Shown here: piece after piece, positions 12,762 to 24,500 of the stretch | Layout: every line of letters begins with the position of its first letter | How positions within the stretch are numbered: position 1 is the first letter of the stretch | Assembly: GCA_028534125.1 (NCBI GenBank) | Contig: CM052818.1 | Span: forward strand, 25,856,001-25,920,000 | DNA from: Lama glama | Lineage: Eukaryota | Direction: 5' to 3' | Length of the DNA stretch: 64,000 nt | Notes under the pieces: generated by a model | What the model saw: the letters and a program-made list of their open reading frames with translations, nothing else | Told to the model about the DNA's origin: nothing | The model's database searches: none | Made by a program: the position numbers and the translations under genes

Positions 12762-13435
12762 TGAGAATTAATAATACTTGGTAAGTGAGTGGTGGGGGAG
12801 TCCCAGACAGGACACTAGCATCAGATAAGAATGAGGGACAAAGGAGTCTAGGCATTAGGACAGAGTGGAGGGGTGGTCCATGACATTGGTACCTGACAAG
12901 GATTTGAGTGAGGCCACAGAGGGCTAACAGAACGGAGACACTGGGCTGTGATTGGAGAAGTTAGTGATGATGTGAAGGAAAAACCGGGCTGGTCTAACAA
13001 GATAACTCACAAGTCTAGGAATGTGAAGGAGAGGCTGGGCTGGGCTAACATGATAACTCACAAGTCTAAGTACTGGAATACTGATCTGAGTTCTGCTGGA
13101 CTAACTTGTAAATCTAAGTTAATTGGTGTTGGTTTGCTGTTTATGTTTTTTTGCTAGCCAGCTGGATTTTCAAAGATACATATCTGGCTTTGGAATGTTG
13201 GTTTGCTGCCTCCCCACCTCCACTTTTGTGATGATAATGCTGCTAAAGCTGTTCCATGCCTATTGGCCGAATACCCCAAGCTTGTACTTTACCCTATAAA
13301 ACCTCATGCGCACGTCTTGGAGGTGCTCAGAGCTTCAGAGCAGAAGCCCCTCTGAGCCCGCTGGCGTAATACATCTAAGTACTCCAACCCTCCGAGTGGT
13401 GCTTGTTTCTTGACTGGCCTGTCATTTCCGTAACA
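12762..13435 (+). mobile_element. Solo LTR of an endogenous retrovirus (6-bp TSD, possibly class II)
   Basis: TG...CA termini; perfect TSD ATGAGA (12756-12761 / 13436-13441); ATTGG at 13262, TATAAAA at 13295-13301, AATACA at 13368-13373; 51-bp tandem repeat in the presumed U3. Confidence 0.85.
12970..13071 (+). repeat. Two-copy 51-bp tandem repeat inside the LTR
   Basis: atgtgaaggaaaaaccgggctggtctaacaagataactcacaagtctagga / atgtgaaggagaggctgggctgggctaacatgataactcacaagtctaagt. Confidence 0.9.
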
Positions 13436-13849
13436 ATGAGACTGGTCGTTGGTGGTCTGGGGCTGCTGTGGGAAGGAGAGGGAGGTTTATGCAGTGCTCC
13501 AAGGTTGCAGACATGAGAGATGCAGAGACTGATGAATCCGATAACTTCTGAAAGCCTCTGAGAACAGTGAACCCTGGTGGGCCCGAGAGGAAAAATTTGA
13601 ACACCATTAGGCTTCCTGTTGGAAGGTGGAAATGGGTTCTGGTACCCAGCAACAGGGGTTATTTGAATAAAGTAACAGGAGTGGATGCACAGCATACAAA
13701 TGGGAAGCGGTAGGGCAGGGCAGCGACCTTCTCACAGAGTCACTAGGGGTGTAAAGAAAGCTGGTCTCTTTCCCTTCTCATGTGGTTGAGGGAGGGGAGC
13801 AGGTTTAAGGTAGTGATATTTTACTTTCCTTCTTTTTTTCAATTTCGGG

Positions 13850-14270
13850 TTTGCTGTAAGTAGGAAATATATTCACATAGACAGAAATTCAAACGATACA
13901 AAAAAGGTGTACAGAGAAAATTCCTTCCACCCTTGCTCCCAGCCAACAAAGTCTCCCCTTACCCCCTGCTTTCCCTAGGTAATTATATTAACAGTTTTTA
14001 TGTGTCTCTCAAGAGCCTTGTGGTCCCTGGACTAGCAGTAAAATAATCACCTGGGAGCTTGCTAGAAATGCACACATTCTCAGGCCCCACCCCAAGCTTA
14101 CTGAAAAAGAAACTTCAGGGGTGGTGCCCAGAGATCTGTTTTGACAAGTCCTCCTGGTGATTCTGGTGCACACTGAAATTCGAGAACCACTGCCCTAGAT
14201 ATAGTCTATGCATATATGTGTGCAAATATACATCAATTTTCTCCTCTTTTTTGCATAGTGTTTTACATTA
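13850..14270 (-). mobile_element. Old L1M 3' fragment interrupted by MER5A
   Basis: aaattcaaacgatacaaaaaaggtgtacagagaaaa...ttaacagtttttatgtgt, resuming after the MER5A as gatatagtctatgcatatatg. Confidence 0.6.
14016..14192 (+). mobile_element. MER5A hAT-Charlie DNA transposon
   Basis: atcacctgggagcttgctagaaatgcacacattctcaggccccaccc...ggtgattctggtgcacactgaaattcgagaaccactg followed by ccctagat. Confidence 0.9.
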
Positions 14271-14537
14271 ATATTTTTGGAGATCACAGACCACTTCAAA
14301 ATATTTAAAAATCTATGTACAATGTTTAAAGTTTTGCAGATATTTTCACAGTCCTTCTATGCGGGTGTTCTTGGATGTCATATTTAAGACTTTTTATTGA
14401 ATAGGGAAAGGGCTCAAATTAAGATGGGGACTAGGTGTATCAGCAGATACAGTGTGTTCTTCAAGGGAGTGCCAGGTTTTGGTGAATAATAGAGGTAAGA
14501 GAATGGAGTCAGAAAAACAGGTTTAGGGTGAAGGGAT

Positions 14538-14648
14538 TTATTTTGGGGAGGGGGTGAAATTCACATAAATACAACGAACTATTTTAAAGTATTCAGTTCG
14601 GTGGCATTTGTTGCATTCACTATTTGTGCAACCACAGCCTCCTTCTAG
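14538..14648 (-). mobile_element. Short L1MB-type 3' end
   Basis: ggtgaaattcacata...ttttaaagtattcagttcggtggcattt...tgtgcaaccac; tgaaggga occurs on both flanks. Confidence 0.7.
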
Positions 14649-14759
14649 GTATGAAGGGAACTTTGCCCACTTTGGAGTCAAGGTTCCTAGAGAAGAGTTC
14701 TTGGGTCAACCAAGAGCAAAGTAGGGGGCCAGGGGCCAGACAGGAGTGGAAGAAAGCAG

Positions 14760-14965
14760 ATGAAAGCAGAGTGGGTGGCAGGGGCAGGGGGTAATAAGGC
14801 GGTCAGGGAACCAGGGATGGCGGAGGCTCCAAGGAGATGGAGAAGTGACGGCCGAGATGAAGAGCTGCTGGAACTGGTGGACGACTAACATTCTTCAATA
14901 AGTATCTTTTCTACTTAAATTAGCCGGTTAGAATTTCTGTTGTTCAACTAAGAACTGTGACTGCT
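14760..14965 (+). mobile_element. MLT1 (MaLR) LTR 3' fragment
   Basis: caataagtatctttttctacttaaattagccgg...tttctgttgttcaactaagaac resembles the MLT1J/K end. Confidence 0.55.
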
Positions 14966-15380
14966 GGAGCTCTGGCTCCCAGTGAGAATAGGAAGGTGGG
15001 CTCCGGCCATTACTCCAGGGCATCGAGCTTCAGGCTCAGACTGACTTTCTGCAGCCTTCTTGACAGAAGCAAGTCCAACAGGGAGAAGACAGGAGGAGGA
15101 GGAGGGCAGCGTCTGGCTCTTTTACCAACTGGGGCTTAAGAAAGAAACAGAAGGAAAAAAACCATACTACATACTCTGAGCTTCTGACCAGGCAGAGTGA
15201 CCCCACCCACTAACCCAGCAGCCACTGAAATACCTCCTGAGAGGCAGCCTTCCCCCAAGGGCAGAGGTGACCCAGCCCATCCCTGAGAGGACACTTAGGT
15301 TCCCTGAGAGGCCAGCATTCACTTATGGAGTTGGCTTGGAGGCTGCGATCAGTACAAAGCCTTTGGCCGTCGGCAGGCCT

Positions 15381-15690
15381 TTATTCAAAAAATAATATTT
15401 ATTGAGTGCCTTCTCTGTGCTGCATATTGTTCTTGGTACTGGGAATCCCGTGAATAAGACAAAAATCCCTGCCTTCTCGGAGCTTACAGTCTGATGGAAG
15501 GAGATGGTAAACACATAAGTAGAAAGTAAATGATGTCAAAGGTAGTGAGTTCTGTGGTGAAAAATGAAGCAGGGCCAGGAGCTAGGGAGTACTGGGGGTG
15601 GGGTTGGGCTGGGCTAGTTGCAGTTTTAATGCACACATCTGAGAAGGCCCCACTGAGAAGGCGGGCGTGGAGGAGGTGAGGGACTTGGCA
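15381..15690 (-). mobile_element. L2 LINE 3' end
   Basis: atatttattgagtgccttctctgtgc...aataagacaaaaatccctgccttctcggagcttacagtct. Confidence 0.85.
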
Positions 15691-17283
15691 AAGCGAATTT
15701 ATTGTTATTCCAGGAATGTTTATCCTGGCTGTTCTTTCCAACCATCTAATTGTGGAGACTACAGGTGAAATATTTGAAGGGAGACTCTGGGCCTCGTGTT
15801 CTGATGGGTAGAGGTTAAGAGCTTCCTAAAGTGATCTGGGCCACCAAGCTGGAGGGAGTCAGCTGAGGGGGGCTTCCCAGAGGAAATGACTTGAAACGGG
15901 AATGGTGACCACCCTGTCGTGCCCACTGGGCAGACAAAGCCTTGTTTAGAGGCTCTGAGGCTTCACTGAAGACAGAGACACACTCCCCATGAGAGGGGGA
16001 GTTCCCATCATTGATTCAGAGTCTTTCTCCTCCAAGCAGTAAATCTACAGATAGTACTGAGAAAACTTTCCTAGTCTTACTGCTCTGTGAAAACAAACAA
16101 AAACAAACAAAGTCCTACTTTGGAATTCAAATTCCTTCAGAGCCATCATAAGTCAGGCTGGGCCATTTGTTTCTTTTTCAATCAGACTCATCTTTTTAAT
16201 ACAACAACCTTGGACCGTAATAACCTACTCAGATTCATCTACCACCTGCCCTCCCCAAGCTCTCATTATCACTATGTTTCCTGAGAGACTGGAAGGGAGA
16301 AGGGCTGCAGACATTGCCTGGAATGCTGATGAAAGAGGATAAAGAGAACTCCTGGGTTATTTGGGCCTTGATTTTTTATTACTGTGGGACTCTGTGCCTT
16401 AGAAACTCTACATTATAGGTTTTTGTTGTTATCTGGAGTAATGCTTTGCACACACCACTGTGCACAGGGACATGATCTGACCTAGAGTATGATGAACCCA
16501 CAGTACCAAGCAGCGATTTGTAACATGATTTGAATGTATCGTCTCTCATTATTCGAGAGGAAATTTCCCTGGGAGTTCTTGCTCTCCTGTGGCAGGGCCA
16601 GAAAGAAATCTAGGAGAAGGACAGACCCTTGGATATGTCTTGTACTACGTTCCAGAGACTCATTTAATGTCTTCCCAGCCAGAGTTCTTAATTTCTTTGC
16701 CTTGCGCATGATTATTGCCGAGAGACTTGGTGGCTTTTGAGAGGAACAGAAATTGAGATGCAAATTGGTATGATGTATTTTTTTTGCTTTGCATAATTCT
16801 CATATGCAACCTAACCCAGTCATGCAAAGCAGCAAGATCTAAAGATTTTGGATTTAATGCCTTAAAAAAAAAATAGGTGGCAGGTAAGCAGAAATGTTAG
16901 GAAATATTAAACCCACGTTTCTCCCATCTTAGACTATATATTTCCTGGGTCCTGATACCCATAAGCATCAGAAGTCATATTCAACCAGTCAGTTGGAAAA
17001 ATATCCATGAGTCTACACACAAATATTTATTGACTAATTACCAATGTAGAAAGACTCTGCTGACCACTGGGTCATAATCTGTGTCCTCAGTGAGCTTTAC
17101 ATTAATGTGGGAGCAGCAGGTAGACAAGCAAGAAGGAACGAAGTCAGGGTTAAGCAGAGGGAAAGAGGTGTGGGGAATTTTATAGGCAGCATTGCTTTTT
17201 TCTCTGTCCTCCTGGTCAATAGGCGATGGCTGTCAGAGTGATGTTGTGCCCCTCCCACCTCAGACCAACAGCACATCAGTGGG

Positions 17284-17490
17284 TCATTTGTTGAGCATCA
17301 ATTATGTGCCACACAGTTGCTGCACTCTTTCCATGTGCTGTCTAATTTAATCATCACATTGATTCTATGAAGTAGGTACTATTGTTAATTTAGTTTTACA
17401 GATGAGGAAACTGAGGCCTGGAGATACTAAGTAACTTGCCTGAGATCACATTGTTAGCAGTGGCAGAAGTGATATTTACAACCGGGTCCA
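17284..17490 (-). mobile_element. MIR SINE
   Basis: MIR core ttttacagatgaggaaactgaggcctggaga...aagtaacttgcctgagatcaca. Confidence 0.9.
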
Positions 17491-18756
17491 AGGCCTAGCT
17501 GTACTTCTCCCACTCTGACTTTAGCAAGAGGTTCTAACCCCCTTCTCTCCAGATCTAGTTGTAGAATTTCCCTCCATGACGAGAAGTTCTTGTGGACTCC
17601 AGCCCCAGAATGTTCAGAGTCCACCAAAAGCCACCCCTGGACTGCCCCTGGGGAAGGGTTTGATGTATGCCAGGTCCCATCCAGGAGCTCCTCCTTTTTC
17701 TAGGGCATTGTCCATCCAACAGAAAGGCCATTTTCCAAACAGCCTTGCAGCTTCCCCTGAGTGTCTCCTTCTGAATTGATTTGGCCAATGTTAACTAAAT
17801 GCCCGTCATGCTCCAGGCACCTTACTAGGCACCAGAAATATGAAAAGACTAGAGAGAGAAAATAACAAACCAGAAGGCCCTTTTCTTTGCTGAGAGTGGA
17901 GGACTGACCATAAAGTGTGATGCTGGCCCTACAAGTCAGGTTTAACTGGAAGCTCTCAAATTGTTTATATGATCAGATTTTTCTTGGCCTCACTTCTCAT
18001 CTTCACTGCAGCTGATCTTGTAGGTGTTGCCTTAGTGGCAAATGAGCCAAACTCTGTTGCAATTTTCCTCCTAGCACAATACATGTCTGTGCTAGAGGAG
18101 TGCCCAGGAAACGGGGAAGGCCTAGTCACCTAATGCATCCCGCCTGTAACTGGCAGTGCCACCGTCTTGATTTGTTCATCTGCTCAAAGCCTACAACTGC
18201 AGTCTTCATGACCTGCCCTCTCCCTGCAGAAGGGGTTAAGAATAACAACAGTGCTAAAACCAGTCTGAGGGGCTCGGTCCACTTTGAAGGGTTTCCAAAC
18301 CAATGCAGCTGACGCTGTCCTGCAGCTGTGCCATGAAGAGGATGGTGCAGGCAGCTGAGTTCATCTTCCACTGAGCTCAACGCAGGGAGGGTGTGGTCTC
18401 TTGCTTCGTAAGTTTTCCTTGTGCTGCAGAGTCAGAAGACTTGGAGGAATTAGTGCAAAACAGCTCACCTTCCCTTTTCCGCATGGGACATAGAAAGGTT
18501 GGAGCAAACATCGAAGTCTGAAGAGTGAGGGTAATAAATAGGCATTTTTGCTCCCTTCCTTTATAGTGGGTCCTGGGCCTCAGGTCTTCGGCCTCTGGCT
18601 TGGGTACCTGTTCTGGGCAGTTCCAGAGACCAACAATAGCCGTCGACCAGCAGTGTTTGGGACTGTCGATTGTTCTCCATTGCTCTTCATTGTGGCTGTG
18701 TTTGTGATAATGAAGAATTAGGCCACCAAGAGCTAGTCCTCAGAGCTGATGGCTGA

Positions 18757-19233
18757 TGTTACTCAACTCAGGCTCGGCTGCTAGTCACTCAAGAAGCCAA
18801 TACTGAGAGACAAATGGTGGGTAAAGGAAAGATAGCTTTCTTTTAAGGAAGCTGGCATCCTGGGGAGAAAGCGGCCTCCTGTCCGAAAGCATCAACCCTC
18901 CACTCCCCAAGGCTTAGTCAGGATTTACATGAGACGTGAAGCAGGAAACAGCTGCTGGCTCCGTGCCGGGGTGGGCTGCTCTTCTGTCTTCGGGGTCCTG
19001 TACATTAATCACGAGGCGCCTTGCCAGCATCGGAGTGTGGTCATTACATTGTCCAGGTCAGCACTTCTGCTCTATAGGTCAGTGGTCCTACATTTCTGGT
19101 AAAACAAGAAGAAAGCCAAAAACAGAGCAAAATGGGCAAAGCAAAACAGGAACCAGTCCATCAAACCCGAGAGCTGTATTTAACTATTAACAAGCCCTTG
19201 GTTGTAAAGCAAGCATGGTTTCCATGTTTTCCA
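18757..19233 (-). mobile_element. Solo LTR, ERV1 class (4-bp TSD)
   Basis: Starts tgttactcaactcaggctcggctgctagtcactcaagaagccaatactgagagacaa (antisense U5 of laurasiatherian ERV1 LTRs) and ends ...ttttcca; TSD CTGA (18753-18756 / 19234-19237). Confidence 0.8.
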
Positions 19234-20803
19234 CTGAAAATTCAAATGGTCTATACTGAGGACCCAATCCAGTGATGCTAGAGGGTCTCGGGCAGAAAGA
19301 ATCTGGCCTTAAAGAATAGTGTCAGGCCAGGCAGCCTGATGGATAACACGTTCTGGAGGCTTCCAGACATTATCCTGGAGGGAACACAGGCTCCCATCCA
19401 AGCAACAGATGCTATAGAAACACTCCAGACATGGATGTTCTGTTCTTCATTTTGACTAACTTCTTTTTCACTTGCCCTCAACACGGTCTCTGCATCCTTT
19501 ATTTGCAGCTGCTTTAAGGGTGTCAGGTCGGGCCTCCACCCACAATTCCTCAGGGTGATTTAAAGCTGACAGGTCTTCCAGGGAGAGAGGCTTTCTTTCT
19601 TGTCTGGGACTTTCCTCCAGATCTCACTTCCGAGCAGAACTGCAGTCCCAAAGCAAACAAGGCTTGCAGTCTGGACTTGCCTGGGAGAGATGAAGGGCTG
19701 GGCCTGCCCTGCCCTCGTCCAGCCTTCGAGTTTCCTTCTGCAGCGATTGCATCTCCTGGAGAGTAGCCAGGAATTTCCTGCAGAGCCAAAGCTTCAGGGA
19801 ATTTCTCTGAGAGGTTACACGCCCTCAGGTTCCCAGGGAGGAAGGCAGTCTGTTTGGAAGGTGTTCATTTTCCTTGCAGTCAACAGATCACCTGGGAAAT
19901 CTCTCACATCCAGCTGTGCCTGAAAGGGGAACTTCCCTCCTCTTCCTCTTTCCCCTCATCCTCGCCTCCCAGTATACAGAGCCTTAATCTGAACATCACA
20001 GTTGCCACAGGGGAACAAGTGTGTAGAGAGGCTGCTCCAGATACAATTGTTCCTTTTAATTTCAACAGTGCCGCCCTCAAGCAGATTCTGACTGCTATGC
20101 TGATTCTAGGTCCCTTCCTTCAGTTGCCAGCTCAGACTCAAGATTTGGACTTCCTTGCTTTAATGTGTGGCTCAAGGAGGGTTGGAATACCCTCAGATAC
20201 AGCTCCCTCATGGTAATGGAGCCGGGGGACACTGCTGAGGCCTAGTTTTTTCCCCTTTAAGTCGCTACAGCATCTGAAATTCCCATGAATCTTCCAGCGC
20301 TTTAAAAAGGTAAGCCCGTGGGAGGAGTACGGTAGCAACCACAGGTGCCTACATACCTTAAGTGTGTCAGCTAATCAGAAGTTTCTTTGTAATACCCAGT
20401 GGAGGCTCACAATTCCTGGAGGATGTGAGTTACCTGAGGAGGCCAGAGTTGCCCAGATAACAGGATAAGCCTCACTTTTTCCTGGCCAGGGCAGTTTTGT
20501 CCCTGCCTTCCACTCCCTGCATGGCTAAAGGCTCCTCTGAGAGAATGCCCTAGAAGCAGTTCTCAAAGTGCAGTGCCCAGCCCTGTGGTGGTCTTAGAAA
20601 GTCTTCCATGTGTCTGGAGACAGGTTCAAATTACACGGATGTGGTTCCTCAGTATAATACTCCACCCTTGGGCTGAAATGATGCTGGAGAGTTAAACCCA
20701 AGATGCTCTGTTCATGGGGAGAGATTGCAGCCTCCGGTGAGCATCATCGTCATCGCCGTTACTAGAGAATGCGTCCCTGGAATTCACAAACTCAACTTTC
20801 GAC

Positions 20804-21075
20804 AATCATTCATTTGACAGACTTTTATCAAGTATCTTTTTTTCCGTGCACTATGTTAGGACAGGAGACAGAAGACAGTGCCCCTGTTTTTCAGAAGAGT
20901 TTATTTATCCTAGAAAACACGTGTGTAAAGCAATAATGACAGACAACATGAGACAGTTCTCTAAATACTGACAGAGGAGTGCAGAAAGTGTTATGGGGAC
21001 ACAACCCACATCTGCAGGTGCCAAGGACACCTTCCCAGGACAGGTGACTTTCAGCAGAGGTTTGAAGGACAGTGA
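20804..21075 (-). mobile_element. L2 LINE 3' end
   Basis: aatcattcatttgacagacttttatcaagtatc...ccttcccaggacaggtgactttcagcagaggtttgaagga. Confidence 0.7.
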
Positions 21076-21359
21076 GGATGAGAAGGAAGACTTCTCAGGG
21101 GGCCAGATACAACAACCTATTCTTGAGAATACATAGAATGAACTTGCTGGACTTCACTCCTTTCTTCTTTCAAAAACCAGATTTTCAAAGGAGGCAGCAT
21201 TGAGTTGAGACCCAAAGGATGTATCCTCTATGGACATTTGGAGATGGAGGAGGGATCAGCATCCTAGGCTGAGGGACCGGCAGAATCAAAGAAAGGGGGA
21301 ATGAGCTCAGTTCAGAGTATATGAAGGGGAATCGGGGGAAGTTAGGTTGGAATCAGACC

Positions 21360-22100
21360 TTGTCACCCCTTGGCCAACCAACTACCTCATCCTATCAATT
21401 CCACCTCGAAAATGCAGTGCATCGGGGGCAGAGTTCAGAATTCAGGTGTTACCCGTCCTCGGCTCTCAGTCCTCTTGGCCACTGCCTACCTCATCAGGCC
21501 CTCATCATCTCTTTGCTTCCTCTCTCAACTGGTCTCCCTGCCCCCGGCTTCTTCTCCTTCTAATTCATCATCCATATCACCATTAGGTTGATTTTCCTAA
21601 AATGCAAGTTGTCCTTTGTCAGTTTTCTGCGTGACTTATCTCAGTGGCTCACCATCATTTCCAGATAGTCCCCAATCCCTTAGAATGGCTTATATCATAG
21701 GGGCCTTTGGGATCCAGTCCCTGCCTATCTCCTTAGCTCTGTATCCACTGCTCTCACCTTGCACCCTGCTTTAGATACACCAAACTACAAATGCACCATG
21801 TCACTTCATGCCTCTGGGCCTTTGCGCATGCTGTCTCCTCTCCTTGGAAAACCCTTCTGCATCTTGTCCTCTTAGCAAACTCATACTCATCTTTTAAATG
21901 TGGACTCACATATCACCTCCCTCAGCCTTCCTATACAGAGTTCATCGCTGTGGTTACTTATTTATATTTATAGTGTTACCCTGCTGCTGGCATGAGCTCT
22001 TCACAGGAGGCTCCTCTGTCAGATACTGAGCAGCTTTGGGGCAAGAGCTGAGTATGATTCACTTTTGCAACTCCAGCCCCTAGCAAGGGCTAGGCTCATC
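21360..22100 (+). mobile_element. L2 LINE fragment
   Basis: caggccctcatcatctct...caactggtctccctgc...gggcctttgcgcatgctgtctcctctccttggaaaaccctt...caaactcatactcatctttta. Confidence 0.8.
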
Positions 22101-22144
22101 ATGGAACAAAAGGAACAGACAGCTGCGTCAAGCTAGGCAGGGGT

Positions 22145-22335
22145 GCAGGGGCTCTCAGTCCTGGTGGCACACCCGTCACCTGGGCAGCTATAAAATGATC
22201 ACATCCAAGCCCCACCCAGGGCCAGAGAACCCAGGATCTCTGGGGATGGGGCCGGGCAGGGCTGTTTATTTATATATATTTTTTATAAGGCTCCCCAGGT
22301 GATTCTAATGTGAAGCCAAGCTTGAGAACTACCGG
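22145..22335. mobile_element. MER5-family DNA transposon
   Basis: gtcacctgggcagct...ctccccaggtgattctaatgtgaagccaagcttgagaactac. Confidence 0.8.
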
Positions 22336-22339
22336 ACTA

Positions 22340-22500
22340 CGTGAGGCAAAGCAGAGCAGCCTGAGACTCAAGAGACCTGAATCCTAGGCTCTGCCACTGA
22401 GTCACTGCAGGATCTTGGGCATGTTGATTGTTCCTCCCTGGCCTCATTTTCTCATCTATAAATTGAGAGTTCTGAACCAGATTTCTAAGGCCCTTCCACA
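22340..22500 (+). mobile_element. MIR SINE
   Basis: agacctgaatcctaggctctgccactgag...cttgggc...gcctcattttctcatctataaa. Confidence 0.7.
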
Positions 22501-23611
22501 TCACTGACCCTTCTTGAACTGTCATTAGCATTCCCAGGCTGGTGGAGGGTGGGAAGAGGGGCTGGGGGGCGAGGGGTGGGGAGTGCTCCCGGCCACTGGG
22601 GCTCACTTCTGCTCTTGACCTGACAGGTGGGGGACAGGAGCTGTTGTTCGTGGGCCCCTCGTGTTCTTCCCTGGGCTGTTTCTCCTCTGCTCCCTCTCCC
22701 ACGGGGTGGGGTTTTCTGTCAGCCAGCCTCCGGAAGAAGCTGGGAGCAGTTCCCACAGCAGCCAGACTCCCTCCGATGTCTCACCATTTCTCACCGCTGA
22801 GCTGACGAGGGATCCCGGAGAGTCAGGGACTGGGCTGCTTTCCTGGCACTGGGGATGATTTCTTTTCAAGACGAATGGGCTGTACCTCTTAGGTTTTCTT
22901 TTCAAAATGCCAGGCGGCACTTTTGAGAGCACACAGAGGAGTATGTAATTCAAGTGTTAATAGTAAAAAAATAAGCAGAAGTGGTGCTTCCCTTGTGCTT
23001 TGCTGACTGACCTGGAGGAGCAGGACCCGGGGTGGGAAACGTCACTGCTGTGAAATTCGGGCTTCTGAGTTGGGCATGTGGGGCTTCTCTGACGTTTAGT
23101 CACCGAGAACAAGAGCGGCCTCTTGCAGCCTCTGCAAACAGTTTCTGTCACTACTAATCCACTGTGTCCCGATCACAGATGAGACTCTGTCCTATGGTGA
23201 TGAGCAGAGACAGAGCCCGTGATGCCTCCATTTTCATTTGAAATAAATCACGTCATCCTGTCCCTGCAGTCAGTATGAATTTGATGTCTCGCAAATAAAA
23301 GCAGCTCTCACTTGAGCAGACATGATCCATTATCCTGCCATCTGTTGTGTCCTGGTTTCCATATAGGGAGAACAAAAAGATAGAGTTTTTCTGAGAGCTT
23401 GGCGTTTTGGGTGCAGAGGAAAACACACTGCCCTTAAAAGATATTAAACTGGCTCCCTTGGGTTAAATATCATGAAATCAGCCTTGGGTACTCATAGTCT
23501 CCAAATTGCTGGTTTTCTCATTTCTGTTATTTTTATATTCTTCATGATGACTAGGGAGAAGGAACAAAACCACTTTTCCTTTTTCAATTATCTGCCATGT
23601 TTAAGGATTAT

Positions 23612-23795
23612 TCGTTTCTAACCCTGGCTCCACGTTAGAATTCTCTGGGGCCCTTTGGAAATACACTGATGCTGGGACTGCCCGCTACTCCTTTCAAGAT
23701 TCTGATTTAAGTGGTTAAGGGTGGGGTCCAGGCTCCTATAACTTTGAAAAGTTCCCTCGATGACTCTAACATGCAGTCAGGGTGAGAACCACCAG
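23612..23795. mobile_element. MER5B-like DNA transposon
   Basis: ccctggctccacgttagaat...gattctgatttaagtgg...gatgactctaacatgcagtcagggtgagaaccac. Confidence 0.8.
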
Positions 23796-24074
23796 ACTAA
23801 ACGTTGTAGAACTTGGTATGCCTTTATTTTGAGAAAATAATTAATAGAGATTGACTGTGCTCTTGTGAATCTTTCAAATCCAACATTTATTGCACTGTGG
23901 TGGTTAGACACTCTGAAGGATACCAAGATGAACGTAGCCTTCCAGGAATTATAATTTAGTTGTGTGGTCATTTTTTTTTTTCCTGTATCTTACTAGCACT
24001 GGTATTTGTTATCTGAAAAGAACCAAAATCTTAAAAAACAACTAAAACAAAACAAAGCACAAACCTCCCTGCGG

Positions 24075-24500
24075 CTATTTGGCAAAATTGCCGTAAATAT
24101 TAAAATGTGCCTACCTTCTGTTCAAGAAATTCCACTTTCAGGCATTTATACTGAAGACACTGTTAAGAGTGTTCACAAGAATGTTTGTCAAAACATTGTT
24201 TATTTCAGGGAAATACTGGAAATTCAAGGGGATCGGTAAATGAAATGGTAAGACATCCATATCTTCTAGAACACTCTGCATCACTAAAAATGATGATACA
24301 GATTTGTAATAGATTAGGGAAAATGTTCACAATACTCTGAGTGGAAAAGATCAGATTCTAGAACAACCTCCTATTTAAGTAAAAGAACCATTATACACTT
24401 ACAGGGGAAAAAAATCTAAAATCGAGATATTCCAAGGTGTTAGCAGGAGGTGTCTCTGGTCTACGGGACCATGGGTGATTTTACTGTTATTCTTGGTCTT
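24075..24500 (+). mobile_element. Old L1ME 3' UTR fragment
   Basis: ttggcaaaa...aaattccactttcaggcatttatactga...gggaaaatgttcacaatactctgagtggaaaa...atgggtgatttt. Confidence 0.7.

Noticed and set aside
12970..13071. Direct repeats as a possible CRISPR-like array
   Set aside because: Only two adjacent copies with no spacers, inside a retroviral LTR in mammalian DNA.
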